Under the pieces are notes generated by a model. It did not search any database, had not been told where the DNA came from, and was given only the letters and a program-made list of their open reading frames with translations. 32,000 bases of DNA. Source: Methanothermobacter thermautotrophicus str. Delta H (GTDB lineage Archaea; Methanobacteriota; Methanobacteria; Methanobacteriales; Methanothermobacteraceae). How positions within the stretch are numbered: the stretch's first letter is position 1; the number at the start of each line of letters is the position of its first letter. The stretch is from positions 1,110,001 to 1,142,000 of the forward strand of contig NC_000916.1 of the NCBI RefSeq assembly GCF_000008645.1. The letters are read 5' to 3'. Positions 1-8,816 of this stretch are shown here, piece by piece. Position numbers and translations under genes: made by a program.

Positions 1-2
1 AC

Positions 3-263
3 AACAGGTGCTACGCGACAACCGGCTCACAGTGCACCTACGCCGATGTGATAGACCTTGGGGCCGTTGCAGAGTCCATGGGCTTCAATGTGATCAGGTT
101 CGCCGATGATCTGAACTTTGAACAGGCACTGGCGATGGATGGTCCTGTTTTTGCCCATGTCCCTGTGAAGCCCGGGAACGCCGATGTCCCTGTCATCGAT
201 CTTGATGCAGAGGAGATAATAGAACGCTTCATTAAGGAGGTCCGGGGAGCCACTGAGGATTGA
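3..263 (+). CDS. comE: C-terminal fragment of a thiamine-diphosphate decarboxylase, probably sulfopyruvate decarboxylase beta subunit (partial, 5' end outside window)
   Basis: Frame is open from base 3 (NRCYATTGSQCTYADVIDLGAVAESMGF...) to the TGA at 261-263. The segment resembles the C-terminal part of ThDP-dependent decarboxylases. Coenzyme M neighbourhood is recalled for this genus, not shown here. Confidence 0.6.
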   Translation, partial: NRCYATTGSQCTYADVIDLGAVAESMGFNVIRFADDLNFEQALAMDGPVFAHVPVKPGNADVPVIDLDAEEIIERFIKEVRGATED

Positions 264-287
264 AACATGTACCCTGATTTTAATTAG

Positions 288-2048
288 CTATCCCCTGTAG
301 GTTGCATAGAAACCATCGGTGTCGGCATAGACCGTGTGGAACCCAAATTCCTCTGCAGTTTTTATTGTTTTCTTGATATAGTCCCTGCCCCATGCGGTTA
401 TGGCCTCGGCGCACTCCATTGAGTACCAGCGGAACCTTGAATACCCATATACACCGTACATGGTGTTTGCAAGTCTCTTGAGGGCCTCCTGCTGCACATT
501 GAGTATCTTCCTCTCCATGGGATCATCTGATCCCTTCATCTCCTCCTTGATCCTCACCCTCTCTGAGAGTATTTCACCTATAACCGAGGGTACGAATCCC
601 CTCGGACTTTTGCGGAACCTGTAACCGTATTCAGGTGCCACGTAGCATTCAGATTCCTCGTCATCTGTCAGGGTGTCCGGTGAGATGTTCTTTGAGATTA
701 TTATGCTTGGGTAGAGGCTCCTGAAGTCAAACTGGACTATGTTCTCGTGGAGACCCTTCTCTGGTTCCTTGACGTATCCGCCGACCGCCCTGCGACCCCT
801 CCTGCTGGAGAAGTCTGACTGGGATGGCTTGTTTGGTACCAGTTCCCCGTACTGGTATGCCTTGCGGACAAGGAACCATTCCGCCTGCTGACCTGTTGCC
901 ATGCGGGAGATGTCGAATAGTGGCTGGCCCACCAGCCGGGTGAGCTCCAGGTTGAGGGGGAGTATCTTCTCTGCTATCCTGTGGGTTGCAACAACATCAT
1001 CCAGGGAGTACCTGAAGAGTTCATCCCTCAGCTCATCCCGGTCCCAGTACTCCCAGAGCCTGTCACCGGGGAGGTCGATCTTCTCCTCGCCGAAGAGTTC
1101 CTGGTAGACCCTCTCCAGGGTGTACCTGTCAAGGTTCATGTACCTCCTCATGACCGGGTAGAGGTCCACGTGCACCGTTCCCTTTATGGCCGTGGCGTTT
1201 GCAAAGCCCCTCCTCATGGTCCTGATCTTTGAACCATCCCAGCCGAGGTCGAGTTCCGCGCCCAGGATAGCCGCCCTCCTTGTTATGTAGGGGAAGTCAA
1301 AGTTGTCTGAATTGTATCCCACCAGTATGTCCGGTTTCTTATCAATTACGATCTCTGCGAATCTCTCAAGGAGTTCCCTTTCATCCTCAACCACCTCAAC
1401 AAAGTCAAGGTGGTCGCCGGCCGTTGATATGACAGATTCGTAGCCCATGTTACCGGCGACACCAATCATCACTATCTCGTCCTTTTCAGGGTCAGGCATG
1501 CCATGGGGGTTCCTCACCTCGATGTCAAAGCTCAGGATGTCGAGTCCATGTGCCCCTGAACCTGTGCTCTGGACCCTGCCGGTTACCTCCACCGTCCTGA
1601 CATCGGTTGTCACCGATGGTGCTGAGTCCACCTCAACACCCTGGAACTCCAGCTCCTCCATGGGTACTATGGATTTATCTATTAGGTAGCGCCTGTAGAA
1701 TGGGATGTCATGTTCCCTTATATCCCTGACAGATTCCAGGTCCCTTATCCTGTCCCTGATCTTTGGCACGTCCTGGGGGTGTCTGAATTCGATTCTGATG
1801 ACCTCTGTGGGCCTTCCAAGGTCCCTCATCTCTTTGACTTCAAGTTTCTCCAGTTCCAGTTCCTCAAGCTCCCTGAGGCATTCATCGAGGTCTGTGGGGA
1901 TTGCGTATATGTAGGGTCTGAATGAGCGGTCATGGGCTATAATGGGCTCATTTCCGCCGCTTTTATCCTTACCGAAAAGTCTGATAACCGGGACCTCATC
2001 GACGGTCACGTAGTCTATGTCGAGGAGGACCATTCTGTAATCTTCCAT
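288..2048 (-). CDS. polB: Family-B DNA polymerase, large N-terminal part of a split PolB (586 aa)
   Basis: Exo motifs [19 protein letters not shown] and YSLDDVVA; Pol motif A DFRSLYPS; motif [16 protein letters not shown]; motif C YADTDG. The ORF stops 7 aa after motif C. Confidence 0.95.
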
Positions 2049-2268
2049 GTACCTATTCTGTTATGTGAGATTAATAAAGTGTTCCCGCTGCGTTTATCTC
2101 TGGTTACCGTTCTACAAGTAGCAGAATAAACACTTAAGTAGCACTATTAAGATATAGTGTTTAGGATTTCCTGGGGGTGTTGGACTTATAATAAGCCTTC
2201 TTAGTTGCTGGCATGAAATGAACAGTTTAATCCTGTGATCAGTATTAATACACGGGGAGGTAGAGGGT

Positions 2269-2583
2269 ATGGTTAAGGGAGTTAAACATCCAGTGCTTGC
2301 TGAGTATGCAAAAAGGATCCATGATGGGGAAAAGAACGGTTTTTTGCGGGTCTTACCGGGAAGGTTTTCACCAGGTGACAAATTTGTGATCTATGAGTCC
2401 TATGGGCAATACAGAGGATGGGCGGACATAGTGTCCATTCAGAAGATGCCAAAAGGGAAGATGATCTCAGAATACGGCTTGAGGCTCATGATCACGGAGG
2501 ATGAGTTCATGGATTACTTTGGGGGCAGAAAGGAGATGACCATCATAGAATTTAAAAACTTTGAAAAATTCAGCCCCTGTTAA
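2269..2583 (+). CDS. Small PUA/ASCH-like domain protein, resembles archaeal DUF365
   Basis: 104 aa with fold-typical pattern HPVLAEYAKRIHDGEKNGFLRVLPGRFSPGDKFVIYESYGQYRGWADIVSIQ. SD GGGGAGG upstream of ATG. Confidence 0.65.
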   Translation: MVKGVKHPVLAEYAKRIHDGEKNGFLRVLPGRFSPGDKFVIYESYGQYRGWADIVSIQKMPKGKMISEYGLRLMITEDEFMDYFGGRKEMTIIEFKNFEKFSPC

Positions 2584-2674
2584 ACCGATGAGTATGAGAT
2601 GTTAGAAAAAATAGGTGGAAAATACATCTGAAAATGAGTATGAAATGATAGAAGAAAACAGAGGATGATTGTTC

Positions 2675-3691
2675 ATGAAGAGCACAGAAAAGTGTCTTAA
2701 AGAATGGAATGCTATCGTAGAGGCCCTAGGACATGGAAAACAGACCATTCTGATCAGAAAATATAAGACAAACCTCAAAGAATTCCTGCTTTACCCCACA
2801 GTCAGCTATACCAATGAAAATGATTACCTGAAAAGTTTCCAGGAAAAACACCACTCATTCGTTGAAAAATATAGCTTCCCCCATAAAGAGGGAGAAAAGA
2901 CAGAGATCAAATACTTTGCCACTGTAGAAAAGATCCTGGAAAGACCGCCTCGAATAATACCCTCAGAGAATTTCTACATCTGGAGAAGGGGCCATGTAAA
3001 ATCATATCTTAACGGGAAAAATGCCTACATATGGGTACTGAGGGTTTACAGACTGAAGAAACCCTACATGGCCGACCTCGCCTATGGACCGGGGGTCTAC
3101 GCTAACCTGAAGGAACGGGTCTCACTGAAGGGCGCTGAACCGGTCCTCACAGATAAGGAATTCTCAGAAACATTAGAAAAACTAACTCCTGAAGAATCTC
3201 TACAATACGGTTATCAGACCCTGAGAGACGAGCTAGCCATGGAGTTGCTTGAAAATATTAGGTCCTGTTCCACAGGATTTTTCAAAAAAATGATAGTGGA
3301 CCTCCTATTGAAGATGGGTTATGGCGGTTCACGAAAGGATGCAGATGAAGCCATAGAGAAGGGTGGAGACGGAGGCATAGAGGGTATTATAAAAGAGGAT
3401 AAATTAGGTCTGGACACCATCTATATCCAGGCAAAGAGAGGGAGCATATCCAGACCTGAAATACAGAAATTTGCAAGTGCACTGGAGGGGCAAGCTAAAA
3501 AGGGAGTCTTTATCACAACATCCAGCTTTTCACGTGCTGCACAGGAATACGCATCCAGCATCGATAACAGAATAGTCCTGATTGATGGAGATGAACTGGC
3601 CCAGCTGATGATCGACCACGACGTCGGTGTATCAAAGGTGACATCCTACGATATCAAAAAAATAGACACAGACTACTTCTCAGAGGAATAA
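2675..3691 (+). CDS. DUF1802-like N-terminal domain fused to an Mrr-type (PD-(D/E)XK) restriction endonuclease domain
   Basis: N-term LKEWNAIVEALGHGKQTILIRK...FLLYPT...FYIWRRGHVKSY...WVLRVYRLKKPY matches the DUF1802 pattern. C-term TPEESLQYGYQTLRDELAMELLENI...MIVDLLLKMGYGGSRKDADEAIEKGGDGGIEGIIKEDKLGLDTIYIQAKR is typical Mrr. Start chosen at ATG 2675 behind GAGGATGAT; the ORF track starts at TTG 2669. Confidence 0.85.
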   Translation: MKSTEKCLKEWNAIVEALGHGKQTILIRKYKTNLKEFLLYPTVSYTNENDYLKSFQEKHHSFVEKYSFPHKEGEKTEIKYFATVEKILERPPRIIPSENFYIWRRGHVKSYLNGKNAYIWVLRVYRLKKPYMADLAYGPGVYANLKERVSLKGAEPVLTDKEFSETLEKLTPEESLQYGYQTLRDELAMELLENIRSCSTGFFKKMIVDLLLKMGYGGSRKDADEAIEKGGDGGIEGIIKEDKLGLDTIYIQAKRGSISRPEIQKFASALEGQAKKGVFITTSSFSRAAQEYASSIDNRIVLIDGDELAQLMIDHDVGVSKVTSYDIKKIDTDYFSEE

Positions 3692-3982
3692 AAATCTGGA
3701 GAATATCAGAAACCAAATGAATATCCCTGTAACTGCAGAACATCCCCCTCTCCAATGTAATTTTTTTAATCAAATAAAAACCACTCTTTCAACCAACTCA
3801 GAGAAACCAAAAAAACCTCGCATCTGTAAGAAAGAAGTGAATAAAAGCCATAAAGGACCCGTTAAGAAGCTGCAACTTACAACAGTATCTCATACAGTTT
3901 TCACTGATCAGAATACGATTTCCGTGTATGTGATCATAGAATTTCAAAAAAAAAGGTCTGTGGCTGGATGAATATACAGCCC

Positions 3983-4987
3983 TTACTGCACTTCCTCTCC
4001 ACCCGACTCCATACGGTAGGCCTCAAGGGCTGCATATGCAAGACCAAGGACCAGTGGCCCCACAATGAAGCCTGCAACACCCCAGACCACAGGTCCTCCT
4101 AGAAATCCCACCAGGAATATCATGGGGTGGATATCCGCGTACTTACCGGATAGCTTGGGTCTCAGGTATATGTCAATGGTGCTAAGGAAGAGACCGAATA
4201 TCAGGACAAGTACTCCCCTCAGGATGTTTCCTGTGACAAAGTCATAGATGGAGAGGGGTGTGTAGGCAGCCCATGGCCCTATCACAGGTATCAGCTGAAA
4301 GAGGCCCGTCATTATACCCAGGAGTATGGCGTAGGGGTATCCGAGAAGATGAAAGCCAACTGCAGCCATTAAACCTATTGCAAGGGCTGTCAGGAAGTGC
4401 CCATAGAATATGCTGAGGAGAACCCTCTCGGTCTCAGAGGCCATTCGCTCCATGAAGGGCCTTGTCTCCTCCGGTATCAGGGTCCTTATGTACCCCACAA
4501 GTCTCTTACCATCCCTTGCAAAGTAGAATGTTGATGAAAGGAATACGAAGAGCTGAAGGGATATCATTGGTACAGACTGGAGGATGGCCACGACATAGTT
4601 GAGTGAACCGCTTAGGATGTCCCTCAGAACCGTTCTGAGGTTTGCAAGTGTGTTCTCCGCCGAGGGCTGTAGATTTCCGGCTCCGGGTACGTGGATGCTC
4701 CCTGCGAGTGAAAGGAGAGATGGGGCTGAATTTATTATGGAATCAACTGTGAACACCAGGATACCCACCAGTGGCATTATAACCACAATCATTGCAAGGA
4801 TGATGGATACCGAGAGGTAGGGTATCCTCCGGTTTATCCTCAGTGCCACGGGCCTTACAATGTAGGCGAATACGGCTCCAAGGAATAGCATGGTCCAGAG
4901 GGGGTATACCACAATTGCCGATAGAAGTAAAAGGGCCATCACAGGGAATGACGCCGATGCCAGTGCACCCCTCAGTCTCTCTATCAT
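3983..4987 (-). CDS. AI-2E family transporter / predicted permease (UPF0118, DUF20)
   Basis: Multi-spanning hydrophobic protein; QLIPVIGPWAAYTPLSIYDFVTGN and IYLRPKLSGKYADIHPMIFLVGFLGGPVVWGVAGFIVGPLVLGL are family hallmarks. Start trimmed to MIERLRG. Confidence 0.85.
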   Translation of the reverse strand: MIERLRGALASASFPVMALLLLSAIVVYPLWTMLFLGAVFAYIVRPVALRINRRIPYLSVSIILAMIVVIMPLVGILVFTVDSIINSAPSLLSLAGSIHVPGAGNLQPSAENTLANLRTVLRDILSGSLNYVVAILQSVPMISLQLFVFLSSTFYFARDGKRLVGYIRTLIPEETRPFMERMASETERVLLSIFYGHFLTALAIGLMAAVGFHLLGYPYAILLGIMTGLFQLIPVIGPWAAYTPLSIYDFVTGNILRGVLVLIFGLFLSTIDIYLRPKLSGKYADIHPMIFLVGFLGGPVVWGVAGFIVGPLVLGLAYAALEAYRMESGGEEVQ

Positions 4988-5000
4988 GTTACCACCAGAT

Positions 5001-5792
5001 TCACCAGGGCACTCTCCTGCCAGCCGGGTCCCGCCTGTAACGGCCAAACTCCCTTACCCGAGATAGTTCCTGACTCCAGAATACAGGTCCCTCTGCACAT
5101 ACCCTGAAGCCGGTATCATCAAGGCAGCACTGGCCACAGATACCCACAGCGCACTTCATGTATCTCTCAAGGGATAGCTGGGCCGGGACATCCCTCTCAT
5201 CAAGTATCCTCATAACCTGAAACATCATGGGTTCCGGGCCGCAGACAGCAGCCATGTCATGGTTCTCCTCAAGTGTGAGGAGACGTTCATGGGCAAATCC
5301 CTTAAACCCGCAGGAACCATCATCCGTGCACGTACTGATATTCACGCCGGCAGCCTCAAGCCTGTCCAGGAAGAGGAGCTCATCTGCTGTCCTTGCAGCC
5401 ACAAGTGCATCCACACGCATACCCCTTGCGGTGGCCTCATCTGCCAGGGCTGCCAGGGGCGCCATCCCTATCCCGCCCCCCACCAGGAGAATGTCCCTTC
5501 CCATGAGTTCAAATCCCCTGCCATAGGGTCCCCTGATACCGAGAAGGTCGCCCTCACTGAGTCCATGGACCCTGTCTGTGAATTCACCCACCCTTCTTAT
5601 GGATATCCCTATCTCAGATCTCACAGGGTCGATGAGGGAGACAGACATGGGTTTCTCGTCCCTGAAATCCCAGACCATGACGAACTGTCCCGGTCTAACC
5701 TCCCGTCTGAAGTCCCAGCTGAATATGAAGGTCTTCACGCTTTCAGATTCCTCAACTATCCTCTTAATCTCAAGAACCTCTGGAACATTCAT
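5001..5792 (-). CDS. pyrK: Dihydroorotate dehydrogenase electron-transfer subunit (PyrK-like)
   Basis: FAD/NAD-binding pattern RPGQFVMVW, LLVGGGIGMAPLAAL; 2Fe-2S Cys motif CAVGICGQCCLDDTGFRVC; next to pyrD. Start uncertain (5792, 5813 or 5834). Confidence 0.88.
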   Translation of the reverse strand: MNVPEVLEIKRIVEESESVKTFIFSWDFRREVRPGQFVMVWDFRDEKPMSVSLIDPVRSEIGISIRRVGEFTDRVHGLSEGDLLGIRGPYGRGFELMGRDILLVGGGIGMAPLAALADEATARGMRVDALVAARTADELLFLDRLEAAGVNISTCTDDGSCGFKGFAHERLLTLEENHDMAAVCGPEPMMFQVMRILDERDVPAQLSLERYMKCAVGICGQCCLDDTGFRVCAEGPVFWSQELSRVREFGRYRRDPAGRRVPW

Positions 5793-5805
5793 GGAATCCA
5801 TCTCC

Positions 5806-6708
5806 CTAATCATGTGCCAGCCCCACCATCTCATCCACCGATGAGAATCCTTCGGCCATCATGAAGGCCTCAAGGCCCCTGCATATCTTCATGAAAACCT
5901 CGGGGCCATCATACATTATGGCTGTTCCAACCTGAACAGCCCTTGCACCTGCAAAGAGGAACTCGACTGCATCCTGGAAGTCCCTGACACCTCCCACACC
6001 CATTATGGGGATATCCACGCTGCGGTAAACGTCATAGACGCATCTGACCGCGACGGGTTTTATTGCCGGGCCTGACATGCCTCCGAAGGCATTGGAGAGT
6101 ATGGGCCTTGCGGTCTTTATATCGATCTTCATCCCGGGGCCAAGGGAGTTTATGAGGGTAAGGGCGTCTGAACCAGCCTCCTCAGCGCTCCCTGCTATCT
6201 CAACGATGTCTGTGACGTTTGGTGTGAGCTTCGTGGATATCGGGACGTCCACTGCATCCTTAACAGCAGAAACAACCCTGAAGGTCAGTTCAGGGTCCTG
6301 TCCGATTGAGGCTCCGCATCCTGCCATGGCGTGGGGGCAGGAGACGTTCAGTTCAATCATGTCAGCGTATTCCTCCACTGAAGCCGCTGCTGAGGCAAAT
6401 TCCTCGGGTGAGGCTCCATAGACTGATGCTATCAGAGGTACCTCCTCATCCACCAGCTTCAGCTCCTCCCTGAATGCCTCAACACCTGGGTTTGAGAGTC
6501 CAATTGCGTTTATGACCCCGCCTGTGACCTCCACGGTTGTGGGATTTCTGTATCCCGGGTTGGGCCTGAGTGAGAAGGACTTGGTCACAACAGCCCCTGC
6601 ACCCCCACGGTAAATCCTGTTAAGGGACGATGCCATGCTACCCATGACCCCTGCAGCCAGTATGGTCGGGTTCCGGAGTTCAATATTACATATGCTGGTC
6701 TCAAGCAT
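5806..6708 (-). CDS. pyrD: Dihydroorotate dehydrogenase, catalytic subunit
   Basis: NPTILAAGVMG, NAIGLSNPG, IELNVSCPH, STKLTPNV, PIMGVGGV, GARAVQVGTA. Start at ATG 6708 behind GAAGGTG. Confidence 0.93.
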   Translation of the reverse strand: MLETSICNIELRNPTILAAGVMGSMASSLNRIYRGGAGAVVTKSFSLRPNPGYRNPTTVEVTGGVINAIGLSNPGVEAFREELKLVDEEVPLIASVYGASPEEFASAAASVEEYADMIELNVSCPHAMAGCGASIGQDPELTFRVVSAVKDAVDVPISTKLTPNVTDIVEIAGSAEEAGSDALTLINSLGPGMKIDIKTARPILSNAFGGMSGPAIKPVAVRCVYDVYRSVDIPIMGVGGVRDFQDAVEFLFAGARAVQVGTAIMYDGPEVFMKICRGLEAFMMAEGFSSVDEMVGLAHD

Positions 6709-6724
6709 GAAAAACACCTTCTGC

Positions 6725-6736
6725 TAAATATATTTA
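6725..6736. promoter_or_regulatory. Palindromic TATA element shared by divergent pyrD and nop5
   Basis: TAAATATATTTA, perfect 12-bp palindrome in a 54-bp intergenic gap. Confidence 0.6.
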
Positions 6737-6762
6737 TATCCGTCACCTATAGATGTACCCCT

Positions 6763-7875
6763 ATGAAGTGTTATCTTACAGGTTGCATTGCAGGTCCTCT
6801 TGCCTTCAGTGAAGATCTGGAGCTCATAGATTATGAACCTTTCCCGGTTGATGAAATCCCCGGAAGGCTTGCTGAGTCACAGATGGGTGGTGTTTCACCG
6901 GAGGAGAGGATTATGCTCGAGAGGCTCACCCCTGAATACGATGAGGTTGTGGTTGAGGCCTCCCCCTCTCCGGAGTATGCCGGGTTCAGGAACCTCAGAT
7001 TTGAGGTTCCAAGCAGGGCAGGCATCCACCTTAGGGAGAACCTTGAGGACATCCTGGCAGAAATCCTTGATATGCCCGCCGGAGACTTCATACATGACGC
7101 CCTCATGTCGGTTGCACGTGAAAGGCTGAGGGAGTCCCTCCGGGAGACAGACAGGTTCATAATACAGTCCATAAATGCCCTTGATGAACTTGATGAGGAG
7201 ACCGGGAAGCTCATAGAAAGGCTGAGAGAATGGTACTCCCTCCACTTCCCTGAACTCGACGGTATTAAGAGTCATGAACAGTACGTTGAGCTCATTGCAG
7301 AGTACGGTGACCGGGACCAGATACTGAAAAATTTCAGGATGGACGTTGATGAGAGTCTTGGCTCAGATATCACCTCCGAGGACCTCCACATCCTCAGGGG
7401 CCTTGCAGAGAGTATAAGGGGTCTTCAGAGGCTGAGGGAGGAGACAGAGAGGTACATTGACATCAAGATGGAGAAGCTTGCCCCCAACCTCAGGGCCCTT
7501 GCAGGGTCAAATGTTGGTGCGAGGCTCATTGCCCATGCCGGAGGATTGAGGGAACTTGCCATGCTACCATCCTCCACAATACAGGTCCTTGGAGCTGAGA
7601 AGGCCCTCTTCAGACACCTGAAATCCGGTGCAAAGCCACCGAAGCATGGGGTTATATTCCAGCACCCCTCGATAAGGTCATCCCCCTGGTGGATCAGGGG
7701 AAAGGTTGCAAGGCTGCTGGCGGGTAAGATAGCCATCGCAGTTAGAAAGGACGTTTTCAGCAGAGAATTTGATCCGGGAATAGTTGAATCATTCAATGAG
7801 AGGTTTGAAGCCATTAAAAGTAATAACCCGAAGCCCCCGGCAAGGAAGAAGGGTTTTAGAAAGAAGAGGAAATGA
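6763..7875 (+). CDS. Archaeal Nop5 (Nop56/58-like) C/D box sRNP core protein
   Basis: Nop domain [63 protein letters not shown]; basic tail [10 protein letters not shown]. Confidence 0.93.
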   Translation: MKCYLTGCIAGPLAFSEDLELIDYEPFPVDEIPGRLAESQMGGVSPEERIMLERLTPEYDEVVVEASPSPEYAGFRNLRFEVPSRAGIHLRENLEDILAEILDMPAGDFIHDALMSVARERLRESLRETDRFIIQSINALDELDEETGKLIERLREWYSLHFPELDGIKSHEQYVELIAEYGDRDQILKNFRMDVDESLGSDITSEDLHILRGLAESIRGLQRLREETERYIDIKMEKLAPNLRALAGSNVGARLIAHAGGLRELAMLPSSTIQVLGAEKALFRHLKSGAKPPKHGVIFQHPSIRSSPWWIRGKVARLLAGKIAIAVRKDVFSREFDPGIVESFNERFEAIKSNNPKPPARKKGFRKKRK

Positions 7876-7894
7876 TAGCGGGCAGGTGTATGCT

Positions 7895-8560
7895 GTGAAG
7901 GAAGTTAAGGGTATGGATGGTGTCTTTATCATGAACAACTCCCTCCTCACCATTAACCCCAACCCCGGTGTGAAGGTCTATGGTGAGAGGATCATTGATT
8001 GGGGCGGCCGGGAGTACCGGGTCTGGGATCCCCGGCGGTCCAAGCTTGCTGCGGCCATACTTAACGGTCTGCGGGGTTTCAGTCTGAATTCAGACTCCAG
8101 GGTTCTCTATCTGGGTGCATCGGCCGGGACAACTGCCTCACACATATCTGATATCGTCACGGATGGGAGGGTCTACTGCATCGAATTCTCTCCCAGGATG
8201 ATGCGGGAACTCCTGGGTGTGTGTGAATCCAGAAAAAACATGGCCCCCCTCCTTGAGGACGCCTCAAGACCCCTCAGTTACCTGAGGATGGTTGAGGCCG
8301 CTGATCTCGTGTACTGTGATGTTGCACAGCCTGACCAGACCAGGTTATTCATTGAGAATATGGATTGCTTCCTGAAGAGGGATGGTTATGGACTCATAAT
8401 GATAAAGGCCCGGAGCATAGATGTTACAAGAAGTCCCAGAAAGATCTTCCGGGAGGAAGTGGGGAAGCTTGAGTCTTCTGGTTTCAGAATAATTGATCAG
8501 GTGGGTCTCAATCCCTACGAAAAGGACCATATGGCGGTTCTGGTTAAAAGGGATGTTTAG
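7895..8560 (+). CDS. flpA: Fibrillarin-like rRNA/tRNA 2'-O-methyltransferase
   Basis: [52 protein letters not shown]; directly downstream of nop5. Start (GTG 7895 or 7886) is a guess from SD CAGGTG; the ORF track starts at 7784. Confidence 0.9.
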   Translation: MKEVKGMDGVFIMNNSLLTINPNPGVKVYGERIIDWGGREYRVWDPRRSKLAAAILNGLRGFSLNSDSRVLYLGASAGTTASHISDIVTDGRVYCIEFSPRMMRELLGVCESRKNMAPLLEDASRPLSYLRMVEAADLVYCDVAQPDQTRLFIENMDCFLKRDGYGLIMIKARSIDVTRSPRKIFREEVGKLESSGFRIIDQVGLNPYEKDHMAVLVKRDV

Positions 8561-8650
8561 AAGGGCATATGATTTTTTGATATATTTTTAGTAAAAAAAG
8601 GTATATATTGGATTAATTACATAATTTCAATCCCAACTGCAGGCCATAAT

Positions 8651-8690
8651 TTCACCTCCGGGTTATTGTTCACAATAACCTGGAGTTGAA
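8651..8690. repeat. Near-perfect 19-bp inverted repeat with 2-nt centre (strong hairpin)
   Basis: ttcacctccgggttattgt-tc-acaataacctggagttgaa; 17 Watson-Crick pairs, 1 G-T, 1 mismatch; followed by T-rich ttttaatttttt. Confidence 0.9.
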
Positions 8691-8816
8691 TTTTAATTTT
8701 TTGCGTTAATATCATGATGTAAAGGTGAGTTTTAATAATCTTTAAAGCTGAAAGGGAATAGAACAGCCAGAACTGCAGTTAAACTGTTTCTAACCCGTAA
8801 AAATATTTTTCTAATT

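Noticed and set aside
38-268. 76-aa minus-strand ORF
   Set aside because: Antisense to the ThDP decarboxylase C-terminus, which has better support.
2128-2162. Short inverted repeats AAACACT...AGTGTTT and CACTAT...ATAGTG upstream of the DUF365-like gene
   Set aside because: Arms of 6-7 bp in AT-rich DNA are expected by chance; not strong enough for a separate claim, though worth a glance when studying the Mrr module promoter.
3717-3971. 84-aa + strand ORF between the Mrr gene and the permease
   Set aside because: No domain, no convincing SD, AT-rich intergenic composition; treated as spurious.
5259-5864. 201-aa + strand ORF opposite pyrK
   Set aside because: His/Pro/Cys-rich shadow translation over a clearly coding minus-strand gene.
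8707-8755. Possible C/D box sRNA (atgatgt ... ctga) in the fibrillarin-coaBC gap
   Set aside because: C box is imperfect and no D'/C' pair or guide could be identified; proximity to fibrillarin alone is not evidence.
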